Shown piece by piece: positions 36,769 to 49,600 of a DNA stretch of 64,000 nucleotides. The notes beneath the pieces were generated by a model that saw only the letters and a list, made by a program, of their open reading frames with translations, ran no database searches and was not told the origin of the DNA. The DNA comes from Vicugna vicugna (taxonomy: Eukaryota): NCBI GenBank assembly GCA_013265495.1, contig MU058844.1, positions 2,583,520 through 2,647,519 on the forward strand. Reading direction: 5' to 3'. Within the stretch, counting starts at the first letter, position 1; each line of letters begins with the position of its first letter. The position numbers and the translations under genes are program-made.

Positions 36769-36980
36769 CAGTGGTTCTCAATCAGTATGATTTTGTCCCA
36801 AACCACAGGGGACATCTGGCAATGTCTGGAGATATTTTTGGTTGCCATAACTGGTGGGGAAGAAATTACTACTAGTTTCTAGGAGGTAGATGCTAGGGAT
36901 CCTGCTAAACGTTGTGCAGTGCACCAGACAGCTCCCACAACCAAGAATCATTAGACCCAAAATGTCAATAGTGACAAAGG
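36769..36980. mobile_element. MER20 hAT-Charlie MITE
   Basis: 'cagtggttctcaa...ggggacatctggcaatgtctggagatatttttggttgccataactgg...tagggatcctgctaaac...acagctcccacaaccaagaatcattagacccaaaatgtcaatagtg'. Confidence 0.9.
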
Positions 36981-39499
36981 AGTGTAAAGGCTTTGCATTT
37001 CAAGAATGGGAGATGTGTATTTCAGACACAAAAGAATACATGAGAAAAATACGGGACAGGAAAATGCTAATATAAACAGCAATAATAAAAAGCACAGAAG
37101 CAGAGTTTACGGTACAATGAGAAGCACACTGTGGGTTTTGTCTTCCCATCACTGTAATTTCCCCATCTGCATTTCTTCCCCACATTCCTCTTGTGCCCTG
37201 GATCATTTACACATTTACCAGAGCATTAAGTCATGTGACTCTAATCCAAGCATCCACCCCACCATCAATTCCACTTACCTCCTGGGAAACCACAATTTCT
37301 CCCTTCCTTTTGCCCATCTGTATAAACATGACACCTCTAGATTTCCTAGAGAGAGTTCCATTCTCCTGTCTCCATGTTTTGCTTAATGTAGACATATGAA
37401 GAATTCCCTCCCTCTTTAAATATCTATTTCACTAGGCAAGGAGAGAGTAACTACATTTTTCTGGGATGTCCAACTGTCCATTAAACCTCTTTCAATAAAT
37501 CACCTGCAAGTAAGTGTGGCAATGAGGATGATTACTGGATCCTAAGGAAGTTCATCTTCAGCCATATATATTAATGTGAAACAGAATATACCAGGCACAG
37601 ATCATCCCAAACCATTATTAACCATACATTTCTTCTTTAATCAACCATTTCTTTGCGTACGTGTGTTTAGACCTCATTCTCACATTTTGAGTTCTCATTT
37701 GTAAGGATTTCATCAAAAAAAAAAAGTTTAGCACATTTCTTCGATTACTAGGATCTTATTTTCCCACTAATGTTCCAATATTAAAAAATATTTACCTTAA
37801 AGACATTCAACAATGACAGTGCTTGGGGATAAAAAAATCCTATTAATTAATAAGACTTCAGGAATGAAGAATGGAGGGTAATTTCATAAATGATATATCT
37901 TTCGTTATCAATGTTTGATTTTAATTCTACTGAAAAAAAAACCAACAATGACATTTTCTCTATGTCTTGTTATTTTAAACATCCTAGTGATTTTGGGCAC
38001 ATATGATAGAGAAGCCAGAACCACGAAATTGAAAGAATGCTAAAAAAAAAAAAAAAAAAAACTAGCAGCTGCCCAAATATAATAACCTTAAGGCAAAGAA
38101 GTTGGTCAGGAGTGCAATTCTTTTGTTTACTTTTAATTTCCTTCTGGCTTTTAAAAATATAACTTGTGTTCATATAAATGCTGCATCAAAGCAGTCATAA
38201 TAAATAATTAGAGTGTTATCAAAGACAGTTTTGTTCTTCCAGCTGCTAGAACTGTTTTATTTATATAGTATTGTGAAGTGACTCAAAAACAGCTGCTATT
38301 TTATGTGAGCTATTCCATGATTTGATTTGAAATGCTTTCCTCCAATATACCAATGTCATTTTAAGAGCAATGGCAGACTCATGACAAAACAGTTTTTGGA
38401 TTGTTGTGCATCTCAGAAGGAAAATAACTTTGATCAGTGGATGAATATTGTGAATGGAAATGTACTCTTTCAAAAGAGCAACGTTAGCTTGAAATTGGGT
38501 GCCCTCAGGCTGAGCATGTAAATGCCACAACTGCGGAATATGTGCACAGGTCAGACACCTAGAGGACTTTCCTAGAAATGCATCCTGCCTTAGGAGCAGA
38601 CAATTCACTTGCTAATTTAATTTACTTCACCTCTGGAGTCAGCCATTCTGACACTATGCAATGACAGAAATAGTTAGACATACATTTAAATTCTCCTGGA
38701 CAGAAGTTAGCATAAGCAGGACAAGATAAGGAAGAGAAAGAAAACAACAAAAAAACAAAAAAAGGGCTGTAGCAGAAAAAAATCGGTGAGGCAAGGAAAC
38801 AAAGATGACAAAAAGAAATAAGGAGAGGAAAGGAAAGAATAATACCTCAAATGGCCTGACATTTCTTCTACTAATGGCGTTAGAGTCCCTTTTAATTTCC
38901 TGATTAATAGGTAGGGGTGGTTGTACCATTCCCTATCCCACCCCATTTCCACAAAAAAGCAGAAATCTCTCCTTGTTTTGCTCAAAGAAAAGCACACAAA
39001 TTGAGGAGTAATTTCAGTGTATCTGACCACAGCCAAGACATGCTATGAGTTAACTGAACAGGAATGATCAAGATACCTCAGGATATATTACTTTCTAATG
39101 AGGTTGCTTATTGACTTATTGACACACCAACTCAAACTCAGAATGCACTTAGTGATGGGAAATCCAAGCTTATGTTCTGGAGGTCTAATCAACACTTTTT
39201 TTTTCCAATCAGCTTATCACAAATATATTACTGATACCATTTAGGAAATTACAACTTTATCTATGTCAACAACTTTTGCCACCAATTTATTTCTTCAGAC
39301 TCCTCCAAGATATTTTATAAAATCTTAACAGAATATATAAATTTTTCTCATTTCATAAAATTGTACTGAGTTTTTTATTTAATATAACCTTAAAGGTATG
39401 AGTCTATAAGAAATAAATGAAGCATAATTTCTTCAGTTCACAATGATGGCTAAATTCCTGTGTTTGACTTTAACACTTATTTTTTCTTTTATTTTGGAC

Positions 39500-39900
39500 G
39501 TATAATGCATAGTTCTTGAGATATATACTTAAGTGGAATGTCTACAAATAGAGATATGATGAACTAAATTATGAAAAGTACAATAAATGGAATATTATGT
39601 AGCAATTTAAAAGAATGAATTAGATGCTCATGCTGTCCTGGAAACTAAAGAGTCACATAAAAAACATGCCTGCATTATTTTTTTTAAAAAAAGGCAAAAA
39701 AAAAAATAAAGCCAAACAAGTATTTATTTTTATGCATATTTGCCTAAATAAAAAAGAATATAAGGTAACTCTAGTTAGTTCAGGAATATTGAAAGGGAAT
39801 TAAAAAAGAGGAATTTAAGTTCTTATTTACAGACCTCTGTAGTTTTAGTTACTGTGATCATGTATTGTAGTATTATTTATGTAATTTATAATAAAATATA
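39500..39900 (+). mobile_element. Ancient L1 3' UTR fragment (L1ME-type)
   Basis: 'aatgtctacaaatagag...actaaattatg...aatggaatattatgtagcaatttaaaagaatgaattagat'. Confidence 0.6.
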
Positions 39901-40258
39901 AAGGCTATAAAAGTGAATAGAATATGTTTTAATAAATTTGTTGGTGCTTCTTCAATGCACTTGAATAGTGTAATTTGAATGATAAAATATATAAAATATT
40001 TTTGGACCATAAATATTTACTTTTTCTGAACACAACACATTAGACTAATTTCGTTAATAGTCAATAGTGTTACATTTCATATTTACACTTATGATTATTA
40101 AAACCACTGTGTGCAAAGACAATGCAAAGCATATTATATGCATTCACTATTTATAACAAGCCTAAAAGATTATTAATTCCATTAATGTATAAACTAATTG
40201 AGATTCACTGGGGTGAATTGTCAAAGCTAGTAAGTAGCATAACTGAGGTTTGTCTGAT

Positions 40259-43170
40259 GAAATGTAGCAAAGGCAGTGCTAAGAGGGAAGTTTATACCAA
40301 TACAAGCCTTCCTCAAAAAAGAACACCACTCTCAAATAAACAATCTAACCCACCAGCTAAAAGAATTAGAAAAAGAAGAGCAAAAATCCCTAAAAGTCAG
40401 CAGAAAGAAGGAAATAATAAAGACCATGGAGGAAATAAATAAAACAGAGATGAAAAAAACAATAGAAAAATCAATCAAACCAAAAGCTGGTTTTTTGAAA
40501 GAGTAAATAAAATTGACAAACCTCTGGCCAAACTCACAAAGAAGAAAAAAGAGAGAGCACAAATAGGCAAAATAAGAAAGGAAAATGGAGAAATCACAAC
40601 AAATAACATAGAAATACAGAATATCATACAAGAATATTATGAAAAGCTATATGGAACCAAAATGGATAATCTAGAGGAGATGGACAAGTTTCTGGGAAGA
40701 TACAGTCCACCAAGACTGAATCAAGAAGAAACTGACCACTTAAACAGTAGAAATGAAATCGAATTAGCAATAAAAAACCTCCCTACAAATAAAAGTCCAC
40801 ACCAGATGGCTTCACCGGGGAATTCTACCAAACATACAAAGAACTCATACCAGTCCTTCTCAAAATCTTCCAGAAAATTGAAAAGGAAGGAATACTCCCA
40901 AACTCATTCTATGAAGCCACCATCACCCTGATACCAAAACCAGGCAAAGACACCACCTAAAAAGAGAGTTACAGACCAATATCACTGAAGAACATAGATG
41001 CAAAAATCCTTACCAAAATATAAGCAAATAGAATCCAACAGCACATAAAAAAGATTATACATTGTGATCAAGTGGGGTTCATCCAGAGACAGAGGGGTGT
41101 TTCAGCATATGCAAATCAATCAATGTAATACATCACATCAACAAGAGAAAGGACAAAAACCACATGATCATCTCAACAGATGCAGAAAAAGCTTTTGATA
41201 AAATTCAACACCCATTTATGATAAAAACTCTCACCAAAGTGGGTATAGAGGGAACATATCTCAACATAATAAAAGCTATCTATGACAAACCTACAGCCAG
41301 CATAGTACTCAACGGTGAAAAACTCAAAAGCTTCCCATTAAAATCTGAGACAAGACAAGGATGCCCACTATCAACACTCCTATTCAACATAGTCTTGGAG
41401 GTCCCAGCCACAGCAATCAGGCAAGAGAGAGAAATAAAAGGGATCCAAATTGTAAAAGAAGAGGTAAAAGTGTCACTATATGCAGATGACATGATACCAT
41501 ATATAGAAAAACCTGAAAGGTCCACAAAAACTACTAGAAATAATTGAAGAATTCTGCAAGGTAGCAGGTTACAAAATTATCGTTCAAAAATCAGTTGCAT
41601 TTCTTTACACTAATGATGAATCAACAGAAAAAGAAAGTAGAGAAACAATCCCCTTTAAAACAGCACCTAAAGTAATAAAATACCTAGGAATAAATCTAAT
41701 CAAGGAGGTGAAAGACTTATACACAGAAAACTATAACACACTGATGAAGGAAATTAAAGAAGACTTAAAAAAGTGGAAACATATCCCATGCTCCTGGATT
41801 GCAAGAATCAATATTGTTTAAGTGGTCATACTGCCCAAGGCAATCTACAGATTTAATGCAATCCCTATCCAATTACCCAGGACATATTTCACAGAACTAG
41901 AACAAATCATAATAAAATTTATATGGAACCACAAAAGACCTAGAATTGCCAAAGCATTATTGAAGAAAAAGAAAGAGGCTGGAGGAATAACTCTCCCAGA
42001 CTTCAGACAATACTACAGAGCTACAGTAATCAAAACAGCATGGTATTGGTACAAAAACAGACATATGGACCAATGGAACAGAATAGAGAGCCCAGAAATG
42101 AACCCACAAACTTTTAGTCAACTATTCTTCAACAAAGGAGGCAAGAATATACAATGGAATAAAGACAGTCTCTTCAGCAAATGGTGTTGCGAAAATTGGA
42201 CAGCAGCATGTAGATCAATGAAGCTAGAACACTCCCTTACACCATACACAAAAATAAACTCAAAATGGATCAAAGACTTAAACATAAGACAAGATACAAT
42301 AAACCTCCTAGAAGAAAATATAGGCAAAACATTATCTGACATACATCTCAGAAATGCTCTCCTAGGGCAGCCTACCCAAGCAATAGAAATAAAAGGAAGA
42401 ATAAACAAATGGGACCTCATGAAACTTACAAGCTTCTGCACAGCAAAGGAAACCATAAGTAAAACAAACTGAAAACAATGGAATGGGAGAAAATTTTTGC
42501 AAATGAAACCAACAAAGGCTTGATCTCCAGAATATATAAGCAGCGCATATGACTTAATAAGAAAGAAACAAACAACCCCATGCAAAAATGGGCAGAAGAC
42601 GTAAACAAGCAATTCTCCAAGGAAGAAATACAAATGATCAACAGGCACATGAAAAAATGCTCAATATCACTAAATATCACAAATCAAAACTACAATGAGA
42701 TATCACCCCACACTAGTCAGGATGGCCATCATTCAAAAGTCTACAAATGACAATTGCTGGAGAGACTGTGGAGAAAAGGGAACCCTCCTATACTGCTGGT
42801 GGGAATGCAGTTTGGTGCAACCATTATAAAAAGCAGTATGGAGATTCCTCAAAAGACTAGGAATAGACTTACTGTATAACCCAGGAATACCGCTCCTGGG
42901 CATATATCCAGAAGGAACCCTACTTCAAAATGACACCTGCACCCCAATGTTCATAGCAGCACTATTTACAATAGTCAAGACATGGAAACAGTCTACATGT
43001 CCATCAACAGATGACTGAATAAAGGAGATGTGGTTTATTTATACAATGGAATACTATTCAGCCATAAAAAACTGACTACATAACACCATTTGCAGCAACA
43101 CGGATGTTCCTGGAGAATGTCATTCTAAGTGAAGTAAGCCAGAAAGAGAAAGAAAAATACCATATGAGAT
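40259..43170 (+). pseudogene. L1 ORF2 (RT and C-terminal domain), disrupted
   Basis: ORF-track pieces 40276-40506, 40662-40931, 41164-41547 ([24 protein letters not shown]) and 41822-42472 are separated by stops and frameshifts. The Cys-rich motif reads [14 protein letters not shown] (His replaced by Tyr) from 42755. Confidence 0.95.
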
Positions 43171-43482
43171 CGGTCATATGTGGAATCTAAAAAAAACAAA
43201 ACATTAATACAAAACAAACAGACTCATAGACACAGAATACAAACTTGTGGTTGCCAAGGCGGCGGGGGGTGGGAAGGGACAGACTGGGATTTCAAAATAT
43301 AGAACAGATAAACAAGATTATACTGTATAGCACAGGGAAACATATACAAGATCTTACGGTAGCTCACAGCGAAAAAAATGTGACAAAATGTATAACTGAA
43401 AAATGTGCTCTACACTGGGAATTGATACAACATTGTAAAATGACTATAATTCAATAAAAAAAGTTTAAAAAAAAACCCAAAA
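40259..43482 (+). mobile_element. 5'-truncated lineage-specific LINE-1 (~3.2 kb) with 18-bp TSD
   Basis: ORF2 fragments run from the end of the EN region (AVLRGKFIPIQAFLKK) through RT (YADD at 41479-41490) and the C-terminus, then 3' UTR, AATAAA and A-rich tail. Perfect TSD AACTGAGGTTTGTCTGAT at 40241-40258 / 43483-43500. Confidence 0.97.
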
Positions 43483-45339
43483 AACTGAGGTTTGTCTGAT
43501 CCAAAACCCATGCTCATTGCACTCAACGTAACTGTCTTAATGATCTGTTTTTTAATGCCTAAATATGCCTAGATATGGGTATGCATGAGCACATAACACT
43601 CAAATAAAAACTACAGAGATATATGTACAAAACGATAATACAATGCTAATTTTGTCTGTTTGAGAAGTAATAGGAAAGTGCCAATGGCATATGCCTCAGG
43701 ATAAATGAGTCAGTTATGAATGCCTGCTAATGACACACACTGTCTACCACCCGAAACAACTTAGAAATTTCTTGGATTGGGTCTGCCTGAGTTTAAAGTT
43801 ATAACTTGACATTTTGTAGCCTTTGAACCACTAAGGATTTTCATGCTATTCTATGTCCTTTTTCTCTTGATTTTCTATACTGTAGGGTACTTGGGCTGAC
43901 ACATATGGCCAGATTTCATTTAATTAACTGTTCAATAGTTTTCCAATTCCCAACAGAAATTCAACCAAGGGCTGTGGTTTGTGTCAGCTGTTTGTTAGAT
44001 TTAATTTGTCTATTCAGATTTATGTTTATAAACATACATTCTATTGAAATATTAATGATTTTCTACTTGAAATTCACTCCATTTCCTCAAGTAGTGAATT
44101 AAGCTAAAGGCCAATTTCTGGGTCAAAAATTCTTTTCTCTGAAACTTTTTTTATGTGGAGCTCAGTTTTGCTGCAAATATTGGTTTGTGTTTTTTCCAAG
44201 TAACTTCTTATTATCCTCCACTGAATTAGCGAAACCAAATTTACTTGGTCTTCTGGTTTAATGGGTCTTTTCTTTCTTGCTTTTTCTAGGTGCCAAATAA
44301 ACTCAATTTGTGAGGCTCTAATGATTTTGTCATTCTGAAGATATTACAGGAAAATGCCTGAGGTTCCTTTTAATCTTCCTTTCATTCCTTTGGGTGATCA
44401 TCCTTAATGTCATCAGTCTGGGGTTTATCTCTTGGATAATGCTACTCAATTTTTTTTTCCTTTATATTTCCAGTTTCTGTCCTGACTTTTAATCTATATG
44501 ATTCAGTATTTGGCAATCACTAAGTGAATAATATGCCAGGAAAATCATCTGTTTAGACCAATATCATTTTTATAGATTTTTAATACATAAATTACAAACT
44601 GTTTCCCAATCAAGAAATCTTGAGCAATGGACACTGTAATGTTATTAAATGAACTGACATCCATCAAAGATTAATAAAATAATACATTATGCTCACATTG
44701 ATACTTTCCTATTACCTAGTTTATTCTGTTTACTTAACTATTAATTTTAGATACCTTTGGGACATCAACATGTTACTAAAAATAATTAGACTTAATAATA
44801 AAACTCCTATGTCAGAATAAAATATTAGCAAAAGCCTAGATATTAGTTAAATTAAACAGAGTATTTAAGGTTCAAAACAAAAAATGGTGACATTAGAACC
44901 ATTCACTCATTAACCAGTTGCTGTGGGACTGTGATCATATGTATGGTATCAAGCTCAATAAATTCCATAATTACAGGCATATAAAGATATTATTAGTTAT
45001 GAATTGATCATTTGAGTTAATCTAACATTAGCTATAAACTTAGAATTATAGCACTACCCACTAAGGAAAATGCCCAGTTGGTATACATTATTAAAGATAC
45101 TTAATTATTTTATGTCTGTAATAACTTCTGGAAGTCTCAAATTTTGTAGTATAAATAGTGTTGTTACTTTAAGTTACAACTACCAGCCAGAGGCCTTGGC
45201 CTATTTTCAAAAATCTATTTCAGAGAAATGTTACAAAGACTTTTAAAAAACTCTTAGAGAAGAGAATGTCATCAAGCTTTAATAAGTATTGAGCTATCTC
45301 TGGTTGGGACAGTCTAGGGCAGAGCCAGACCTAAATTGT

Positions 45340-45540
45340 GTTAATAACTTATACTCTATAAAACCACACTGTTTAGCCAGCACTTTCATATACATCATCT
45401 CGTTTTATATCTATGACAACTGCGAAATAGGCTGGCAATGCTAGTCTTCTGTAGGAGATAAAAAGATGTCTTCAGGGAAAGTAAAGGAACTTGCCCAAAG
45501 TTACACAAAAATGAATACTTGGAACCCAAGCCTCCTGAAA
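45340..45540 (-). mobile_element. MIR SINE
   Basis: 'gcactttcatatacatcatctcgtttt...gtaaaggaacttgcccaaagttacaca...ggaacccaagcctcctg'. Confidence 0.65.
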
Positions 45541-45634
45541 AGATCATGCACCAAATAACAAGAGATATCAAAGGAGAACACAGGTCTCCTAACCCCGGGT
45601 ATAATAATGCATGACCTAAGGTAAGAGATTATAG

Positions 45635-46445
45635 TTCAACATTCACTGAGCCTGTCACTATAGTCCACAATGTATGACAAACTTTGGGGATTAAAATAGT
45701 GAGGAATACAGAATTTGCATTAAAAGAGACAGAAATTAATTAAATAACTGCATTAACAAGTGCCAATTTACAATCTGATCCAATGTTAAAAAGGAAAGGG
45801 ATAGGATTCTTTGAGAAACATAAAAAAGGCTTCTGCCTTGACAGAGGCAGGGAAGCTATCAAGGGATGGCTTATCCTGATATCTGTACAGTAGATAACCA
45901 AAATGAAAGTGAGATGAAGGGTGGGCAGAAGAAATTTATTCTGGAGGGAAAACAACATGTGGAAATGCCCTGGGGCAGGAAAGAACAGTGATGATTTGAA
46001 CTGAAAGTCCAGGATGGCTGGAGTACAGGAAAAAGAGGAAGAAAGGTTTAAGATGAACGTAAAGAAGTAGAGACAATCCATGCAGAGTCTTGTAGGTAAC
46101 GTGGAAAGTTTAGATCTTTATCCCTGGAATAACAGGAAGCAATTGTGCAGTAGTAAAAGGAGGCCAATGAGGATATGACTTGATTTACATTTTGAAAAGC
46201 TAATTCTGGCTGCAGTGTAGAGAATAAATATAAGACCAAGCATGGATTCTGGGAGATCGTTGAGCAGGCTAGTCCAATTATCTAGGTGAGATATCTTAGA
46301 GGCTGAGACAGCAATGCTTTTAATGGCAATAAAGAGAAGTGGACATATGTAAGAGCTTGCTAATTGAAAAAAAAATACTGTTGAATGGACTTGGACATGA
46401 AATGAGAAATAAGGAGTTACCAACAGTAAGCCTGAGGTTTTTTGC
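45635..46445 (-). mobile_element. L2 LINE 3' ~800 bp, antisense
   Basis: 'ggagggaaaacaacatgtggaaatgccctggggcagg...aggatggctggagtacag...gacttgatttacattttgaaaagctaattctggctgcagtgtagagaat...gagaagtggacatatg'. Confidence 0.85.
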
Positions 46446-46479
46446 TACCCAGTAAATCGTATTATGTATAAGTACTAAT

Positions 46480-46625
46480 CAAAAATATTTATTATGAGGA
46501 AATTGAGACACAGAAACTTGAATAACTTGCTCAAGGTCACACAGTTTATAAAAAGAGGTGGAGTTGGAATTTGGTTTCGGGCAGTCAGCTCCAGACTCAG
46601 TTCTCTGGACCATTGTATCCACTGT
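46480..46625 (-). mobile_element. MIR SINE
   Basis: 'atgaggaaattgagacacagaaacttgaataacttgctcaaggtcacacag...ggtggagttggaatttgg...ctccagactc'. Confidence 0.85.
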
Positions 46626-49600
46626 CTTTGTTTAGTAACCTCATTTTTAGAGTAATTTATCTCTATTGTCAATATCTGATATCAACTGCAGAAATAGATG
46701 AGCACAATTTTTCCAGTGAAACAGGGTTTCCCATTCTAAAAGAATGTATTGATCTCAAAGTAAAAAGTAGATTTACCTGAGCTCTATGTTAGGCCTAATG
46801 AACCTGCCAGAATAAACAGTCACATATTTCAAAGTATAGATAAACTTCTTACATATTGAATTTACTGTTGTCATTAGTCTACATCAAGCAATTCAAGTCA
46901 CTTTGGTTCTCCTAGTTTCCCTGCCATGTTAAAAATAATTCTAAATTACAATGAGCTCAAATCTTCAATGATGGCCTCATAGTTACATTTTCTAATTGCA
47001 TTTGCTGAGCATCAGACAACATCCTACATCCTTCTCTGTATCTTAGGTCTGGTTGGTATCTATCAATCTGCAGGTTCAGTGAGAGGTACTGTACTGATAA
47101 CCAACAGCCAAGGGACTTCTTGTTTATATGCTCTTTGATAAACTCTCTAAAGAGAGCTATAAATAAATCTTATAAAATATGGGATAGAAAAATAACTGAA
47201 ACCTTAATTTAGGATTTGAATTATAAAATTATTTTGGAGGATTCTCTTCCTCTTCTTCTCTTTCTACCTCCCCCCCTTCCACTTCCTCTTCCTCCTCCTT
47301 CTTCTTCAATATTCTTAAAGCTTCATGTTAAAGGGGAAAAACAGAAACTTTCATTTTCAGCATACGCACATATTTGTCCTCCTGAAAGTGGCAGTGTCCT
47401 GTTTTGATCATTGTCAAAAATGAATGCTCTGATTCTAGGAGAAAAAGCTGCATGGTACACAGGCTATATGTGACTGAGGATCATAATACAGAGAGCTGCA
47501 AATGTATCTTTGTGAATGAAAAATAACCATTTTTTCCAATGCAAAGTCTGAATTTCAACAGAAAATTCTTACCACTTTTTAATCACTAAACCAAAATTTT
47601 ATAAAGCTTCTTTTAAAATTTATTTTGAAAACTATAATTGCTTTTGTTGCTTTGTAACGTATTAGGTATCGATCCAAATATAAAAACATTTAAATATAAA
47701 AGTGATTTAAATATGCTATAACAATTAACCCTCAGAATATATTATTACTCTTTAATTTAAAAAATGAAACAAAGTTCAAAAAAGCCAAATATCTAGATAT
47801 GCAGATAGAAAGAGATGGAGCTGGAAACCAAAACCAGTGCCCAAACTATCGATAAAACCATTTCCTGTACAACTATACTATAAGACGAGTTAAATTTTTT
47901 CCATATATATTCATTTCTAATGTGTCTTTCTACATTTTCACAGTTTTGAAACTATTGAACAGTTTTTAAATTAAGATGTATTTTAATACTGATTTCAAAA
48001 GAAATTTAGCAGTCATCAAGTTTACAGGAAATTTATGACTTTTAGGCATTACCTGTGCATGAAATTGGTCATGTGTCATGTCTATCAATTTAATTAAATT
48101 ATTTGCACTATAGAATCACATAAGATTGTAATTTAACTTAAAATTTTAATTTACCTACCAATCAAAATGTCTTTCAAGAGATTACATTAAGATGCAGCTT
48201 TAGAATGAGAAGGTACTGGGTTCATAAAGATTGCCTGCCACATTGTAGGCAAAGTGATTAAGGATAAGAGAAATTTCCAAAGTTCTGAACAGATTATAGA
48301 AGTTCAAACCGAAGAAGTGATGGGCATGCAACATGAAAAGCTACTACTGATATATTGAATATCTATCTGCCAAAAGCTGCCTTCAAAGAGAAACTATTGT
48401 CTTCAAAGTTACCTAATCCAATTACAGAAAATAAAAGTATAAATTTATCAAATAAGATAAAGAGATGGAGCTTTTTTTTTTAACATCACTTGAAAGTATA
48501 GCTTACTCCTGTGAATTTGGCAGAGAAGGATGTGAGCTTATAATTAAGGGTTCAAATGTATGAGCTAGATCTTTAAGCATGGAAAGCTGAATACACAGAA
48601 CAGATAAAGAACTTGAGAGCCAAGAAATTTCTCTAAGTTTTCCTTTAGTGATCTCCTAAAGGCTTGCCTCCGGTTTTCTCTGAGACAATTGACTTTGTAA
48701 ACAGAAACTTGATTTTTGATAACTTTATAGATAGAGAAGATTGTCTCTTACGTGACTAACTTTCAGAACTCAATAACTTTCATAAACTCAATAGCCTTCA
48801 CTGAAGCAGAAATGCACAGAGCTTAATGTTTCTTCCTTTATCTTAAAACGGTGATCTTGGAAAAGAATACAAAGAGCAGAGCTAAGACACTGTTTTTTTC
48901 TTATCTTACTTCTCTATAATAAGTGTTTTGAGAAAGGTTTTGGTATATGACAAACGGATCACAAAATCAATCAATCAAGTGCTTTTAGGTCCCAAACAGG
49001 CACACAGATGAGAACAATGAATAAATGTTAGACAAGAGGGACTAGTGGACATTATGTTGAACTGGAGTATGTAAAGGGAATTGGTGCTACTCAGCATCAC
49101 ACAATTTTTCTTAGGTCCAAGATTGGGACCCAAAACAAACGTTTTGTTTGATTGCTTGTTTTTCCCTCAACATTTCAAATAATTCAGCAAACATCTTATG
49201 TTAACTATTCTGATCTTTAAATGTTGGCTCAACTAAACTAAAAACAAACAAACAAACAAACTCTCCATGCCAGGGGGGGAAAAAAAAAACACATGCCAGC
49301 CAAGGATGGTACATCTGCCATTTAGTGGCATATGGTATAGAATTTTGGGGTAAAAAATTCTACAGCTAAGGAGTTTGGGAGAAGTAAAGAAAGGTGACAC
49401 TTCTAAGATACAGAATTGGGAGACTGGGCACCAGAAAATTCTTCATATCTCACACTTTGGTTCTGTGTTTGGAGTGTCCTGAGACTTGAAAGAGGATCTT
49501 GTCAATATTATCAGGAAAAAAGATGAGAGAAGGATTCAAGAGGAGAGCCTAGAGTAGACTTAAAAACGTAAGGTTAGATGTTTAGGTAGAAAGTCTATTT

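Noticed and set aside
41822..42472. 216-aa ORF as a functional or domesticated gene
   Set aside because: It is simply the longest surviving piece of a 5'-truncated, frameshifted L1 ORF2, with no start context or promoter. The antisense ORFs 42118-42648 and 42426-42680 are typical L1 antisense artefacts.
48240..48360. Protein-like open stretch (HIVGKVIKDKRNFQSSEQIIEVQTEEVMGMQHEK)
   Set aside because: No convincing splice sites or recognisable homology, and it ends in a stop.
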